Assembly (NCBI RefSeq): GCF_018350175.1 | Contig: NC_058369.1 | Coordinates: 26,538,001-26,602,000, forward strand | DNA: 64,000 bases | Reading direction: 5' to 3' | DNA from: Felis catus | Taxonomy: Eukaryota | Shown here: positions 36,275-48,838 of the stretch, one piece after another | Layout: each line of letters begins with the position of its first letter | How positions within the stretch are numbered: position 1 is the stretch's first letter | Program-made: the position numbers and the translations under genes | The notes under the pieces: model-generated | Told to the model about the DNA's origin: nothing | The model's input: the letters and a program-made list of their open reading frames with translations, nothing else | The model's database searches: none

Positions 36275-36918
36275 TGTGTTAGTTGTCTCTGCTGCTAACA
36301 AATTACCACATACTCAGTGGCTTCAAAAAACAAATAGTTATTATCTCAAAGTTTCTGTGTGTTAGGAGTCTGGGCATGTTTTAACTGGGTCTTCTGCTCA
36401 GTGTTTTATAAGACTGTATTCAAGGTGTTATATGGGTTGCATTCTCATCTGAAGGCTCAGTTGGGAAAGAATCTACTTCCAAGCTCATTCGTGTTGTGGT
36501 ATGCCTGATGTTGTCACATATTTCCTTGAGGTTTTGTGACTAAAGGCCCCAGATGTTTGCTGGCTGTGGACTGGAGGCTGTCCTCAGGTCCTAGGGAATT
36601 TCCACAGTTCCTTGTTATGCAGGCTTCTTCACCACAGTACTTCATCAGGCCAGCAAGGAGAATCTCTTGCCTCAAGGAGAGTAAAGTCTGTTTTAAGGAC
36701 ATTCACTCAATTAAATTACACCCACTGAGATAAGCTATCTTCTGATTAAGTCAAACTGATTTAGGACCTTCAATCAGCAAAATCCCTTCATTTTTGCCAT
36801 ATTCTTTTGGCTAGAAGCAAGTCATAGTTTCCATCCACACTGAGGGTAGGCGTTATACAAGACATGAATACCAGGAGGTGGAGACCACTGCAGGTCACCA
36901 AAGGCTCTGTCTGCTACA
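36275..36918 (-). mobile_element. MaLR LTR (MLT1E/F-like)
   Basis: tgtgttagtt...aacaaattaccaca..ctcagtggctt...tggctagaagcaagtca...gaataccaggaggtg...ctgctaca. Confidence 0.75.
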
Positions 36919-37470
36919 CTGCTTCGTATCCTTGTCCCCAAACCTACCATGAGGGAGGACTTTAGCTCTTGAGAAGAGTCAGCCAGTAATCCCTGCATTT
37001 TCCTGCCTTAGAACATTTTACCTTTCCCTTGTTGAGGTGGTCGATCTATGTAATTGTGGTATTTATCTAGTGATAAATGTCTGATGTTGGACACATGGGA
37101 GGAACCAAGTGGTTTCCTTGGTGCTAAGTCTAGTAAACCCAAATACTTCCATTCCTCTGAGACAAGTCTTGAGTGTTCTATGATGTCAGGAGGCCTCAGG
37201 GAAAGAAGAGATCGTCAAAAACAAACACCTCAGGCTTAAAAATGAAGGTCACAGTGGCAACGAAACTCTTCCCTCTGATTGGGCTGTCATGATGAAGAGA
37301 GAAAATTGAGAAATAATGCAGTGAGAGGGGTGGGCTCCATAACTGCACTGATATGTACTCCAATATCAGGAGGGGAGGAAACATCATTACCTTACTCCCA
37401 CTGGGCCACTGGAGAAGGCTTATGGCATCAGTGAAATCATCCCTCTTTTGAGTTCCATTGGTTTGAATTT

Positions 37471-37686
37471 AAAAAAAATTTTTTTTGAACGTTTATTTAT
37501 TATTGAGAGACAGACACAGAGCATGAGCAGGGGAAGGGTAAAGAGAGGGGAGACACAGAATCTGAAGTAGGCTCCAGGCTCTGAGCTGTCAGCACAGAGC
37601 CTGCATTGGGCTCAAACTCACAAACTGCGAGATCATGACCTGAGCCGAAGTCGGTCACCTAACCAACTGAGCCACCCAGGTGCCCC
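37471..37686 (-). mobile_element. Feline CAN-SINE
   Basis: Full body; TSD ggtttgaatt. Confidence 0.93.
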
Positions 37687-37696
37687 GGTTTGAATT

Positions 37697-37719
37697 AAAA
37701 AAAAATTTTTTTTCAACGT

Positions 37720-37750
<31 letters not shown>

Positions 37751-37937
37751 TTGGGACAGAGAGAGACAGAGCATGAACGGGGGATGGGCAGAGAGAGAGG
37801 GAGACACAGAATCGGAAACAGCCTCCAGGCTCTGAGCCATCAGCCCAGAGCCTGACGCGGGGCTCGAACTCACGGACTGCAAGATCGTGACCTGGCTGAA
37901 GTCGGACGCTTAACCGACTGCGCCACCCAGGTGCCCC
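37697..37937 (-). mobile_element. Young SINEC_Fc, in tandem with the previous SINE
   Basis: Near-consensus CpG-rich copy with an expanded (TTTA)n tail. Confidence 0.95.
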
Positions 37938-38372
37938 ATGAATTTTTAATAGCAACATCCTCCAACATTAAGGAGGACAAGACCTTAAAAAGGCGGAGTT
38001 GGTATCACTCACAATTACTACAAAATTTGGGGGGGAGGGTTGCCACTTTATCCAATGTTTCTGCAGTAAATACTTATTGGTCCCCAATTCTATGCCAGGC
38101 TCCATGGGAGGCAACAGTAACAGGGCAGAAAACAAGGAGTTTCCAGTCCGGTAGAAAGTCAACTCCTCAAGGAGTTTCCAGTCTGGTAGAAAGTCAACAG
38201 AAGAATTATATAACAAGATGAAGTGTGAAAAGTGCTTTGAAGGAGACAACGTGAAAAAAAAGAAAAATAATATAGGGAGTGCTGTTTTAGATGAAATGTT
38301 CTGGGGAGGTCTTTAAGAGAAGTGACTTTAAAGATGAGAGCTGAAGATGAGAAGACCCTAGTCATTCTAAAT

Positions 38373-38570
38373 GTTTTTTTTTTTTTTTTGAATTTTTTTT
38401 CTTAGAGAGTGGGAGAGAGAACATGAGCAGGGAGGGGCAGAGGGAGAGAGAGAATCTTAAACAGGCTCCACGTTCATTGTGGAGCCTGACGTGGGGCTCA
38501 AGCTCACGACTATGAGATCATGACCTGAGCTGAAATCAAGAGTCAGATGTTTAACTGACTAAAGTCACCC
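38373..38570 (-). mobile_element. CAN-SINE inside an L2 relic
   Basis: TSD c(t/c)agtca(t/c)tct(a/t)aatg. Confidence 0.88.
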
Positions 38571-38875
38571 CCAGTCACTCTTAATGGGGGGAAGAACATT
38601 CTAGGAGGGACCGGAGTATGCAAAGTTCCAGACTGGCAAAGTTCTGAGCACAGTGATTAAGAAGGAAAGGAGTGCTAGGTGAGGGAGGAGGTGTCAGATA
38701 ATGAAGGTGTATTTGGGAGACAGGATTGAGAGCATTTGGTGGATTGGAACTGGAGAACAAGAGGAAGGCATCTATCATGAATGGCTCTTGGATATTCCCA
38801 TGAGAACTGAGTGGAGCCAGATACTGAGATGGCTTTCCAAACCCCACATTCCTGCAACCTTCCTTTGCTATAAAC

Positions 38876-39272
38876 CAGTGGTGTGCTGGTTAACAGGTTC
38901 CCTGCTCCTTCCATGAGAAGCCCTGATTTGTAGCATTTGCTGATTTCAACGTTTATTTATTTTTGGGACAGAGAGAGACAGAGCATGAATGGGGGAGGGG
39001 CAGAGAGAGAGGGAGACACAGAATCAGAAACAGGCTCCAGGCTCTGAGCCATCAGCCCAGAGCCCGACATGGGGCTCGAACTCACAGACCGCGAGATCGT
39101 GACCTGGCTGAAGTCGGACGCTTAACCGACTGTGCCACCCAGGCGCCCCCATTTGCTGATTTCTATGCTGTACATACTCTCACCATGGCCAGCTTGGAGC
39201 TAGCAACCAGCTTGCAAGAATCCTGCATATTTGATTTTAGAGCTGGTAGGAGCCTGCTCCAGAACTCACAAG
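38876..39272. mobile_element. MER63A-like hAT-Blackjack MITE interrupted by a SINE
   Basis: CAGTGGTGTGCTGG terminus, ccctgatttgtagcatttgc, degenerate right end gagcctgctccagaactcac. Confidence 0.7.
38948..39149 (-). mobile_element. Young SINEC_Fc without terminal poly(A)
   Basis: Perfect TSD catttgctgatttc at 38934-38947 and 39150-39163. Confidence 0.95.
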
Positions 39273-39939
39273 CCACTACTAGGTCACAGCACATCCTTCT
39301 CTAGGGAGCATTTCACGAGGTGGTGGCTTTGAGGTCTGCGAGAGCTCCTTCCCTTCTCTGTCACCTCTGTACCTGTTTCTGTATATTTTCTCACAGCCAC
39401 CTGACGTGGCAGTCACAAAGGAAAAACACACCATCTCATTGCGGACTGCTCTCAGGGAGCTGTTCCATAGGTTTAACGACAATTGTCTAATTATGTCTTA
39501 GACGCTCGTTCCAGTAAAAGCTGATAGATAAATTAGCGCAATTAGTTGGTCTTTACAGAGCATTTAGGAAAACCCAGGCTGTCATAAGAAGCCCTATTGT
39601 AGAGAGTCTGTCTAGTTGAACCTGTTGTGAATGGAGAGAAGCAGGAAGGAATCGCAGCCTAGGAGTAAGCCGAGGTCAGCTCCTGAATCTGCCGAGCTCC
39701 GCTCCTTGAATTCCCTTGGACGCACGGTGATCCTTTAACCTCAGCCTCAACATGTTCCAGGTCAGACCCATCAGCATCCTCCACAAATCAGTTTCTCTTC
39801 AGATTTCCCCCTTCTGTTGAGCACCCCACCATCATCCTGGTGTCTAAAGCTCAAGATCTTGGAGGCAACTTTGACCCAGCTCTCTCTCTCTTGTCCCCGA
39901 CATGGATTCCACGTTGTGGTATTTCTTGTGTCTATTTCT

Positions 39940-40260
39940 TTTCTTTTATTTATTTAAATTCAAATTAGTTAACCTAGAGTTTAATATCGGTTTCAGGAGT
40001 AAAATTTAGTAATTCATCCTTCACATATAATACCCAGTGCTCATCCCTCGATGCCCGTCACCCATCTAGCCCATTCCCCCAGCCCATGTCCCCTCCAGCA
40101 ACCCTCCATTTGTTCTCTGTGTTTAAGAGTCTCTTATGGTTTGCCTCCCTCTGGTTTTTATCTTATTTTTTCTTCCCTTCCCCTATGAGTGAAATCATAT
40201 GCTATTTGTCTTTCTCTGACTGGCTTACTTCACTTAGCATAATACATTCTAGTTCCATCT
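39940..40260 (-). mobile_element. Carnivore L1 3' end fragment
   Basis: aaattagttaac.tagagt...tttcaggagta.aatttagt.attcatc...cctccagcaaccctc..tttgttctct...aagagtctcttatggtttgcctccctct...gagtgaaatcatatg.tatttgtctttctctgactg.cttacttcacttagcataatac. Confidence 0.85.
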
Positions 40261-40721
40261 CATGTCTGTGTCTTCGTTGTCAGACTCATTGCCATTCTCA
40301 GAACTTGAAGTCTCCAATCTGTCACCGGGTCTATCCCCAATTCTAATCCATTCTCAGGACCCCAGCAGCCCAGACTTCCTACAGGGCCTGCCGGGCCCTG
40401 GGAGGCAGTCCCACCTCTCCAGCTTCAGCTCATGCCACTGGCTCCCATGCTCTTGCTGCAGCCGGAGGAAGTATTCAGTTCCTCCAAGTTCCCTCGTTCT
40501 TGCCTTTGCACATTCTGTTGGCCCTGCATGGAACACCGTCTCCTATTGGATCAGTTAGGATACGAGGTGATAATAAATTAACCCCTAAATGTCAGTCAGT
40601 TAACACACTGAAGTTGATGTCTCACTCCTGTGAGGTGCAGTGTGGGTTGGGTGGTCCTTTTCCCTCTGGAGGGTGGCTCCCAGGTCATCCCCAAAGAAAA
40701 GAAGTTGGAGGAGGTGCTTAT

Positions 40722-40920
40722 CTTTGTTTTGTTTTTTACTTATTTATTTTGAGAGTGGAGGAGGGGCAGAGAGAGAGGGAGAGAGAGAGAATCCCAAGCA
40801 GGCCCTATTCTGTTAGCACAGAGACCGACCTGGGGCTCAAACCTACGAAGTGTGAAATCATGACCTGAACTGAAATCAAGAGTTGGACACTCAACAGACT
40901 GAAACACCCAGGTGTCCCCC
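40722..40920 (-). mobile_element. CAN-SINE inside an old MLT1 relic (~40545-41060)
   Basis: SINE body with (GA)n tract and atcatgacctgaactgaaatcaagag. Confidence 0.87.
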
Positions 40921-41687
40921 GAGGCACCCGTCTTTTAACGGACTCAGCCTAGAAGTGTCACAGGTCACCTTCGCTCACCCTTTATTGACCAGAATTGGTC
41001 ACAGCTCCAAGCTAATTGCAAGGGAGGCTGAGTAATGTAGAGGAACACATGGGTGCTTGGTGCCAAACCCTTCTCCTTTTCTGACCCGTTCTTCAGGTCA
41101 TCGTGTCACTTTCTCTGGGAGGCCCTGCCTGACCACCCAGCACTGGGTCAAAGTTTCCTCCTATGTTTGCCCTATACACACCATTACCCTGGCACCTGTT
41201 CCCCTGAATGGTCTAGTCGTATGCCGATCCCTTGCTCGGTCGGCTGTGAGCTCTGCATTGCAGGTACCTAGTCTGTTTCTTACTCGAGGCCACCTTCCTC
41301 CCGGTGCTCAACGCGGTGCCTGCCATACAGCAAGGGTCAGTGCCTGATCCTGGAGTGATTGACCGGTCCTTACCCCAGCAGCCAAGGCTCTCTAGGTTCT
41401 GACCTGGTCCATGCACTTCTCTCTGTGCCTCTCACCCAGCTGCTCTGGGTTTTAGGTCTTTCGTGTACAGTATGGTGCATAAGCCCTCGGGCTTTCTGAT
41501 GGGCAGCTCCAAATCTGATTATCAGCCCTAGTATTTACTGGTTATGGGACCCTAGACAAATTACTCCACTGCTCTGTGCCTCAGTGTCCTCATCTGTCAA
41601 ACGGATTTCATTATACCTATTTTGGTGAGGAGTCAATAAAATATTGCTTTTAAAAGGCATCATCATAAGTACACAGTATGGCAAATG

Positions 41688-41866
41688 CCATACTTCACGG
41701 ATTCTCAGATGCACATCTTTTTATTGCCTTTTAAAACCTATCTGAAATCAGATGCATCTGAACAGTGGTTGTTAGGAAGACACTGCGTCATTGTTCAGTT
41801 CTTGGCTTTTGCTCTTTCTTGGTGGTACATGAAATACTGGTGTGGCTTAGATTCCATGACACATGA
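41688..41866 (+). mobile_element. MER104-like TcMar MITE
   Basis: ccatacttcacggattctcagatgcacatc...tctgaaatcagatgcatc...cttagattccatgacacatg forms degenerate inverted termini. Confidence 0.6.
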
Positions 41867-42273
41867 GAGTTAATAATAAATCATTATTAACTATTATTTT
41901 TGCCTCCTAAAATGACCTCCACCACCGGTAAATTTTTACCAGCGGACATTTCTCTCAACCTTCCAATTCTTTGGATTAAAATGAGTGTGAAAATTTGAGA
42001 GGGTATCTTCTTCTCAGGACCCTCTAGTGGAGCAGGTGTTGTAAATTTTGCAGTTAAGGTGTCTCCTCATCCAAGAGGACTCCCTGCTTCTCTCACAAGC
42101 GACTCTCTTCCTTTTGTATTCCTCACTGAGTAGCACTAACCAGAGTCCACCTTGGACTTTACACAAAATTAATCTACTAAAATTAGTCACACCTAATTTT
42201 TAAGCACTGACAATGTGCTATGTTCTATACAATGTCCTGAATCCCCGCAAACTATGAGACAGGCATTATTTTT

Positions 42274-42503
42274 TTTTTTATTAAAAAAAATTTTGTTTTT
42301 CAACGTTTATTTATTTTTGGGACAGAGAGAGACAGAGCATGAACGGGAGAGGGGCAGAGAGAGAGGGAGACACAGAATCGGAAACAGGCTCCAGGCTCTG
42401 AGCCATCAGCCCAGAGCCTGACGCGGGGCTCGAACTCACGGACCGCAAGATCGTGACCTGGCTGAAGTCGGACGCTTAACCGACTGCGCCACCCAGGCGC
42501 CCC
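42274..42503 (-). mobile_element. Young SINEC_Fc inserted in a MIR
   Basis: Near-consensus copy; TSD agacaggcattattttt. Confidence 0.95.
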
Positions 42504-42854
42504 AAGACAGGCATTATTTTTAAGATAAGAAAATTGAGGCACAGAGAGGTTTGGTAATGTACAAAAAGACACACAGCCAGTGAATGGAGGAGCATGCTTA
42601 ACTGGGTTCTATCTTATGGGAGACTCCACTAAACAGCCTCTCATATGTGCCTGACTCATCTCTTCGTGGCCTATGGTCCACGGCACAGAGCACCGGGAAC
42701 ACCACACAGCAGGTACTCAAATTATCTTATTTGCTAGTGAGCAGCCGAGGTCATCTGGGCTCGGCATCTTACTACACTTAGTGTAAGACCTCAGGTCTCC
42801 CTCTTGCATCAAAAACTGTATTAGAGTCCTCTAACCTTTGCCCCAAAGAGAAAC

Positions 42855-42889
<35 letters not shown>

Positions 42890-43357
42890 GGCGTTTGCTC
42901 TTCCCAAAGCCATCATTTGACCAGTGTTCCCACTGTTCCCTTTTGAATAACCCCCACCCACACCTAGTATGCAATCACTTTATGTCTCGCCGCTCCCATT
43001 CCGGGTAGCCCAGCAGACTCTCTGAGACAGCAGCTGGTGCTACTGTACTGGATGGCTGCCCAATAGCACGATAAAGGAAGAGCACACTTACAGTTACCGA
43101 AACGCTTAAATGTACCATTCCGTCCCCTCCCCAACATATGGCAGGAGCTGCCTCTGAAAGCCGGATGGATACAGCCCCTAGGGTTGTTGGAGAGGCTTTT
43201 AAAAAATCTGTGGCCTCTTCTCATGCGTTTGTGAGCATAGAAAACCAGTCTTTGCCCATGAGCAGTGAGAAGGTGCTGACAGAACTGGGAGATGATGCCA
43301 GGTTCTCTCCTCGGGGATCCAGTGGTGTTGGTGCACTTATTAAAAAGATGGCCTTCA

Positions 43358-43580
43358 GACGAGCCTGGGTGGCTCAGTCGGTTAAGTGTCCAACTCTTGA
43401 TTTCAGCTCAGGTCATCATCTCATAGTTTGTGAGTTCCGGCTCCGTGTCGGGCTCTGCATTGACAGTGCGGGAGTGCTTGGGATTCTCTCTCTTTCCCTC
43501 TCTCTTGGCTCCTTCCCCACTCATGCTCTCTCTCTCTCTGTCTCTCTCAAAATAAATAAAATAAACAAAAAAAAAATTAA
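43358..43580 (+). mobile_element. CAN-SINE
   Basis: gcctgggtggctcagtcggttaag head; degenerate TSD aaaa..ggcct(t/c)cag. Confidence 0.9.
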
Positions 43581-43714
43581 AAACGGCCTCCAGCTGCAAG
43601 TCTAATGGGGACACCTACATATCTCAAATGAAGCCCACTTCCCGGCAGGCTGCACAGACGAGGCCTCGGGGAAGAAGGGAAACAAAGAGAATGAGCATTC
43701 ACAAGTACCTTTGC

Positions 43715-43715
<1 letters not shown>

Positions 43716-43745
<30 letters not shown>

Positions 43746-43951
43746 TTTAACATTTATTTATTTTTGAGACAGAGAGAGACAGAGCATGAATGGGGGGAGG
43801 GCCAGAGAGAGAGGGAGACACAGAATCTGAAGCAGGCTCCAGGCTCTGAGCTGTCGGCACAGAGCCTGATGCGGGGCTCGAACTCACGGACCGTGAGATC
43901 GTGACCTGAGCGAAGTCGGACGCTCAACCGACTGAGCCACCCAGGCGCCCC
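43716..43951 (-). mobile_element. Feline CAN-SINE with a (TTTC)n tail
   Basis: TSD gtacctttgcctttc. Confidence 0.94.
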
Positions 43952-44990
43952 GTACCTTTGCCTTTCATGGTGGCGGCAAGCTGGTATAGGAACTAAAGGC
44001 TGTGGTCTCAGGACTCCGTCAGGAGCCCTGGATGATCTGTTGCCCAAACAGGCTGTGGAACTGAACCTGTGCTTCCAATGGCCAAGGCTCTGGGCTCAGG
44101 CTGAGGCAACATTGTCACTTCCTTCCCTTACTATTCCTTCCTTTTCCTTACTTGCTCCTTGGTCTTCCTTGGCCATTTCTTCAGGAATTTTCTGTAGGGG
44201 AGAGGTAGCTATGGCAGGTCCGGGTCCCTTTGGAGCAGGTTGTGGGTTTAACTTTGCCTGAGGCTTCCCACTCCGGATGGAGCCTTATGATTACTTCATA
44301 ATTTTAGGGCCCATGAGAGAATGTGTCTCTACTATGTTCTACTACTCTCTGGGTGTCGACGATTCCCAGGGTGTTCCATGGAAGGTGGATAAACTCTGGA
44401 TAATACAAAGAAATTTCCTGATGTTGGTGGAGGATTGGGAGAGAATGAGATGGGCTCTGGGTCCTTCCAGACTCTGACTTTCTATTTATTCACTTGTTTC
44501 TCACCCCGTAAGATGGTGTTTCATCCGACTATGACAGAGATGAGTGTTTCCTGCCTGTCTTTCCTGCTAAATTCACCTCTGACCACCCTGATCTGCCTTC
44601 TTTACATTTGACGCTTTCTCCTTTTCCATCCAGGACGGGTTCTGTGTTTGCTTTCCCCGTTCTCAGAAATTTTGTCATATATACTATCAAGAAAAGGTAG
44701 GGAGAGATTGCCAGAGAAGAAAGGGAGAAGGATGTAGCTGGAGAGGCTGAGCTGAAACATGATATAACGGGCTGGGATGTGGGTGAAGGAGGGAGACAGG
44801 AAAAAAGTCCTTGAGGCTTGGTTGGTTGCGGGGGAGGGTAGAGGTATGGAGATGTTGCCTGGAGAGGCTGCTGGCTGTGAGAGACTCTGGGAGAAGAGGC
44901 ATGAATACTTGGGGGTGATTAACTGGTGCCCCTCTCAGGTTTCCTGAGAAACACAAATAAAAAGATTTCTTTAAAAATTTTCTCTTACAT

Positions 44991-45203
44991 GGGGCACCTG
45001 TGTGACTCAATTGGTTAAGCAGCTGACTTCAGCTCAGGTCATGATTTCCTGGTTTGTGAGTTTGAGCCCCACATTGGGCTCTGTGCTGACAGCTCAGAGC
45101 CTGGAGTCTGCTTTGGATTTGGTGTCTCCCTCTCTGCCCCTACCTCGCTCTCACTCTGACTCTCTCTGTCTCAAAAGTAAATAGACGTTAAAAAAAAATA
45201 TAT
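44991..45203 (+). mobile_element. Feline CAN-SINE
   Basis: TSD tttaaaaatttt(t)ctctta. Confidence 0.92.
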
Positions 45204-47266
45204 TTAAAAATTTTTCTCTTAGAAGCTGGACCATGCTGATTTGGGTCTGATTCTGCAGATGGGCAGGGGAGGCCCCTGCATAAACAAAGGTTACAAAAAA
45301 ATTTCATTGCCTCTACTATGCCAGAGTCTGTGCTAGGCAGGTGCTGGGGAAGCAAATATAATAAGAAATGATCCATGCCCTGGAGAAATTTTTGGAATTC
45401 ATTAATTCTAAGAAGCTATGCTTCCAAGATTCTAAAATTTTAGAATCCCATTTTGCTGAAATTCTCCGAAATTCCCTCAAGGGGGCTGGGCAGTACATTT
45501 CTAGCACTTGAGGCAGGGAACAGAATTTCTGGGAGAAAGGATTGGTGTCCCCTCTTCCCTCTCTTAGGAAAATCCTGGGCTTTGCAGAGGTTCTGACACC
45601 AAAGCCCAGTTGCCTTTGGGATGATCCTTGTCTCCAACTCAGAGGATAACTTTTCCCAGGACAGAGAACCCCCTGTGGCTTACCCATTGCTCTGGCTCCA
45701 TTTCTGGTCTTTGTCCCAGCCCTATCTTCTCTCTTGGCTGCTTCTCTGTGCACACTTGGCCACCAACACACAATGCTTGAAATCCACTGCCTGGGCCAAC
45801 CTTGACCTACATCCATAAAGAGCCGAGTAAACTCATTACCTTGAGTCCTATTTAGAGTCTCTGTTGAAGGATAATAGCTTTTAGTTTAACTAGAACCCCA
45901 GACCTTGATGAGAAATGTTGTTCAGAGAAAATATTGACTGAGGTTTTGTCCCTGTTAGACAAATTATGTGCATACAATTGGTCAACACTCACTTGTGAGT
46001 CTTAACCTTTCAGGGAGCAGCAAGAGTGCAGAGATCTCAGCAGATGGGCAGATGGAACCTGAATGAATGGGTGTGCCAACTGTCTCTTTTTGCTCAACAT
46101 TAGTATCTTTCCATTTCCCTGAAGTTTCCACTCATCTGTCAATATTTTGGTTTATGTCACAAACATGTGTATCCAACACTGGTCTGCTTTGGACTGTCAT
46201 TTGCTAGAAGCAATGATCTTAGCCTCTGTAATTCTGTTGGTGATTAATAATCAGAATTAACAATAGCCATTCCTGATATCTAATTATCACTTTGTGGGTA
46301 GCACAGCAATTTCACTTTGTGTCACTCAACCTGACCCCTGTGAGGTGGGAGGTGGCATGGCCTGGTGGTTAGAAATATAAATTTTGGGGTCCGAGAGACC
46401 TGAGACCAAATCCCAGATTGACTATTGGCTAGCAGTGGGATCCAGAGCAAGTTGTTTAACGTCCTCACCAGCTTTTAGGTGTATTTAGTGTAACTGTATT
46501 TAGCCTGCTGCCTGGTGCTTGGTTGAGGTTCACTGTGTAGGAACTTCCCAGGATCATTGTTTCTATTTTACAGGTGAAAGTGAAGTCAAAGGACTTGCCC
46601 AAAGTCAGACACTCCCAGTTCAGGGTTCTTTCCTCCCTGTGAGGCTACCTGACATCCCTCCTTGGAGACAGGCAGGCACCAGGGATGCTTGAAACTCTGC
46701 TCAAGAGATGAGGTCAACACTCGCCAGTGCTTTGAGGGATTATCTTTTCACGCTCCCCAGTGAGATGAAATACAATGTCAGGTGATGCATAGACTTTGTC
46801 TTTCCAGGCCCTGGCCAGTGGTTTAGTTTATCCTCACCTCCTGCCAGCTGATCAAGGCCAGCCAGTGCTTACGGGGATCCCATTCCTTACACCATGATTG
46901 GGAGTGAGTTCTCTTGCTTCCTGTTCTGCTCCCTCTATCTCTGCCCACACCTACAAAGTGTAAACACTAAGAGCAAATGTTTGAGAGGATGCTTGTTCAC
47001 AGACCTGGATGGTTTCAGGTAGCAGGAAGTTATCATTATTAAATACAGGTTTGTCATAATTTCCTTATATCAAACACATGTTTTATTGCTGGGCTTATTC
47101 TCTTCTTCACACACAGCCCACCTATAGCATAACTAGGGGCCATCCAGGTTTTCACAAGGGCTTAGCTTTCCGCCCTGGCTGCCAACTTGCACTTTTGCTC
47201 CCGGAACTGAAGCAGATTGAGACAGGAAGAAACCAATGATGTTTGAGCAAGGGTAGGTTTTCTTGA

Positions 47267-47269
<3 letters not shown>

Positions 47270-47311
<42 letters not shown>
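47270..47311 (+). repeat. T42 homopolymer
   Basis: Direct reading; a T29 run also lies at 42859-42887. Confidence 0.9.
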
Positions 47312-47314
<3 letters not shown>

Positions 47315-48592
47315 GGCTGGACTCTTCTGAGGGGATGGGAGGCTTTAAAGGCCAGGTGTTCTGGCTGAAAGCAGTATGGGGAAACTTCCAGGCATGTTTG
47401 CCACTGGGTGGGAAAGTGCTGGTTGAGCCCTAATTCAGACCTACATGCGGTGAGGCCCCCAAATCAGGCTTCTAGCTTGTCCAAAACACAGTATGTTTTA
47501 CACTGTACAAATGGGCTTCTGGAAAATATTTCCCTTCATCCAGAACTATTTTTAAAGAAAAATATTTTCATCTCTTTTTTTCTCCTTCATAAAACAAGAT
47601 ATAAATTGGAATTTAAATGCCTAAAGGAGATTTTAAAAACTACATGACCCTGCCCTCCAGAAAAATACCACTGTAAACCCACCCAAACTGTGTCCCCTTA
47701 TCTGGGCGTTTATTCCACACATGCATGCTTGAAACAGAAACGGGCCAAGTTGAGAATTTTAACAAGCACGGCGCTCAGCCACATTCGGATATGTGCATGT
47801 GCCTGTGGGCTGATGCGCATGTTAGATGTGACCTTTTGGTGATGAGAGATGGGCATCATTTCTTTCAAAGCACGATTGGCATGTGCTCACTTAAAAGGAT
47901 TCTACTGTTTGACCTTTGGCAAGGCCAAGGTCACGGCCAATGGGAAAGAGGAAGATGAAAGGGCCAAGAGGAAGGGAAGTTAGGAGAAGTACTTCCTGTC
48001 TCCATGAAGAATACCTGCCCCTCATCTGTTATGAAAAGAAACTCCACTTAGGGAGTGTTAGCTGCCATGGTCAGGTGAGGCCCCAGAGGCTCCAGTGCTG
48101 TCTTCCACCTGCCTGGAATCACCAGGGCAGGGAGGAGTTATAAGTGCCCTGACAGCTAGAATACCTGTCCCTAGTGACTCAGGACAGTTCATTTAATTAA
48201 TGACCATCCAATGGGGTTTTATACTGCCCCAGGTTGGCCATGCTAGAGTATGAGTTCTCTCATCCAGCATAATGGAGATCTGCAGTGGGAGGTTAATCAG
48301 AACATCAGTTCAAGTGGGGAATTGGCTGGAGAGGTCAGAGAGCACCCTGAGAGCCGTAGAGAATGTTCGGAAAGCCATGGGCAGTCATTGCTGTGCACCG
48401 GAGGGTGTGACTTAATGGAGTGGGCTGGGCAAGGTGGGTCAGTGACCAGAGTTTTCATGGTATTATTATCCTCATTTGACAGATGAGGAGACTGATGTTC
48501 AGAAAATGTAAATAGATGCTTAAGCTCAAACACTCCTGTCCATTTTAATTTAGCTCTTTTTCTTAGAACCATGTCTTCTCTTGTATGGTTCT

Positions 48593-48647
48593 TTCCTTCC
48601 TTCCTTCCTTCCTTCCTTCCTTCCTTCCTTCCTTCCTTCCTTCCTTC
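48593..48647 (+). repeat. (TTCC)n tetranucleotide microsatellite
   Basis: Direct reading, about 13 perfect units. Confidence 0.95.
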
Positions 48648-48838
48648 CTCTTTCTTTTCCCTGAAATAGAGGAAGAAACATGTCATATATAAGTGCCTAC
48701 AGTGTGCTTGGGCACTTTAGACATTACGTTTCTAATTCTCACATCAGTGCTAAATTTGGAACATCGTTATCTCCATTTGCCGGTGACGAAACAGAAAAAG
48801 ACATTCTGTGACATGGCTGAGGTCCCACATTTAGTAAG

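Noticed and set aside
37740..44047. Recurring near-identical ORFs (GAPGWRSRLSVRLQPGHDLAVREFEP..., GQRETEHE...GRERGRHRI)
   Set aside because: Translations of SINEC_Fc copies, not a gene family.
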